Shown here: one piece after another, positions 63,867 to 64,000 of the stretch
Position numbering within the stretch: position 1 is the first letter of the stretch
Layout: every line of letters begins with the position of its first letter
NCBI GenBank assembly: GCA_963782115.1
Contig: CAWAIK010000001.1
Span: forward strand, 672,001-736,000
Direction of reading: 5' to 3'
Length of the DNA: 64,000 nucleotides
DNA from: an uncultured Verrucomicrobiae bacterium
Lineage (GTDB): Bacteria > Verrucomicrobiota > Verrucomicrobiia > Chthoniobacterales > JAFAMB01
Position numbers and translations under genes: made by a program
The notes under the pieces: generated by a model
What the model was told of the DNA's origin: nothing
Seen by the model: the letters and a program-made list of their open reading frames with translations, nothing else
Databases searched by the model: none

Positions 63867-64000
63867 AAGATCTTCCTTTCGTTCTTACTGTTGAATCGGG
63901 GGCTGCTGTCCAAGTGCCGTAGCGAGACCCTTCAACCGAGCGACACCCGAAGGGGTTCGGGACCAACGAATAGGAAAGTCCACGCTTCATAAAGAGTTCT

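Overview
Bacterial window; gene style and content suggest Verrucomicrobia (inference). 1-12.3 kb is housekeeping: Gfo/Idh/MocA oxidoreductase, lpxK, thrB, rph, COG0523, rpmB, S41 protease, AKR, Pfk and an HpnB-like glycosyltransferase. 12844-26367 is a precisely delimited, decaying integrative element with phage-satellite (PICI-like) gene order. It has a 14-bp att core in the 3' end of a small, possibly histone-fold gene, identical 26-bp arm-type sites, a tyrosine integrase, an HTH, a primase/helicase remnant, an iteron array, a Nu1-like terS running into a terL stub, and cargo (HTH-Zn peptidase + DUF4411 PIN, ClpP-class protease, DUF4338-ISAs1). 26.5-31.8 kb holds a few metabolic/transport genes. 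31.8-64 kb is mostly gene fragments and nested mobile DNA: an unclassified transposase-like remnant, IS701, a Tn3 end split by a 402-bp MITE-like insert, and an IS66-type element with a DUF4338 passenger gene. That IS66 is itself interrupted by an integrase+IS91-type unit and a four-gene RIT element with perfect 91-bp inverted repeats. Also seen: a CTAG-ended MITE, a promoter/terminator-bounded candidate sRNA, and remnants resembling TIR, HEPN, WD40 and FAM78 proteins. No rRNA, tRNA or CRISPR array was found. All family assignments come from motif recognition by eye; no searches were run.
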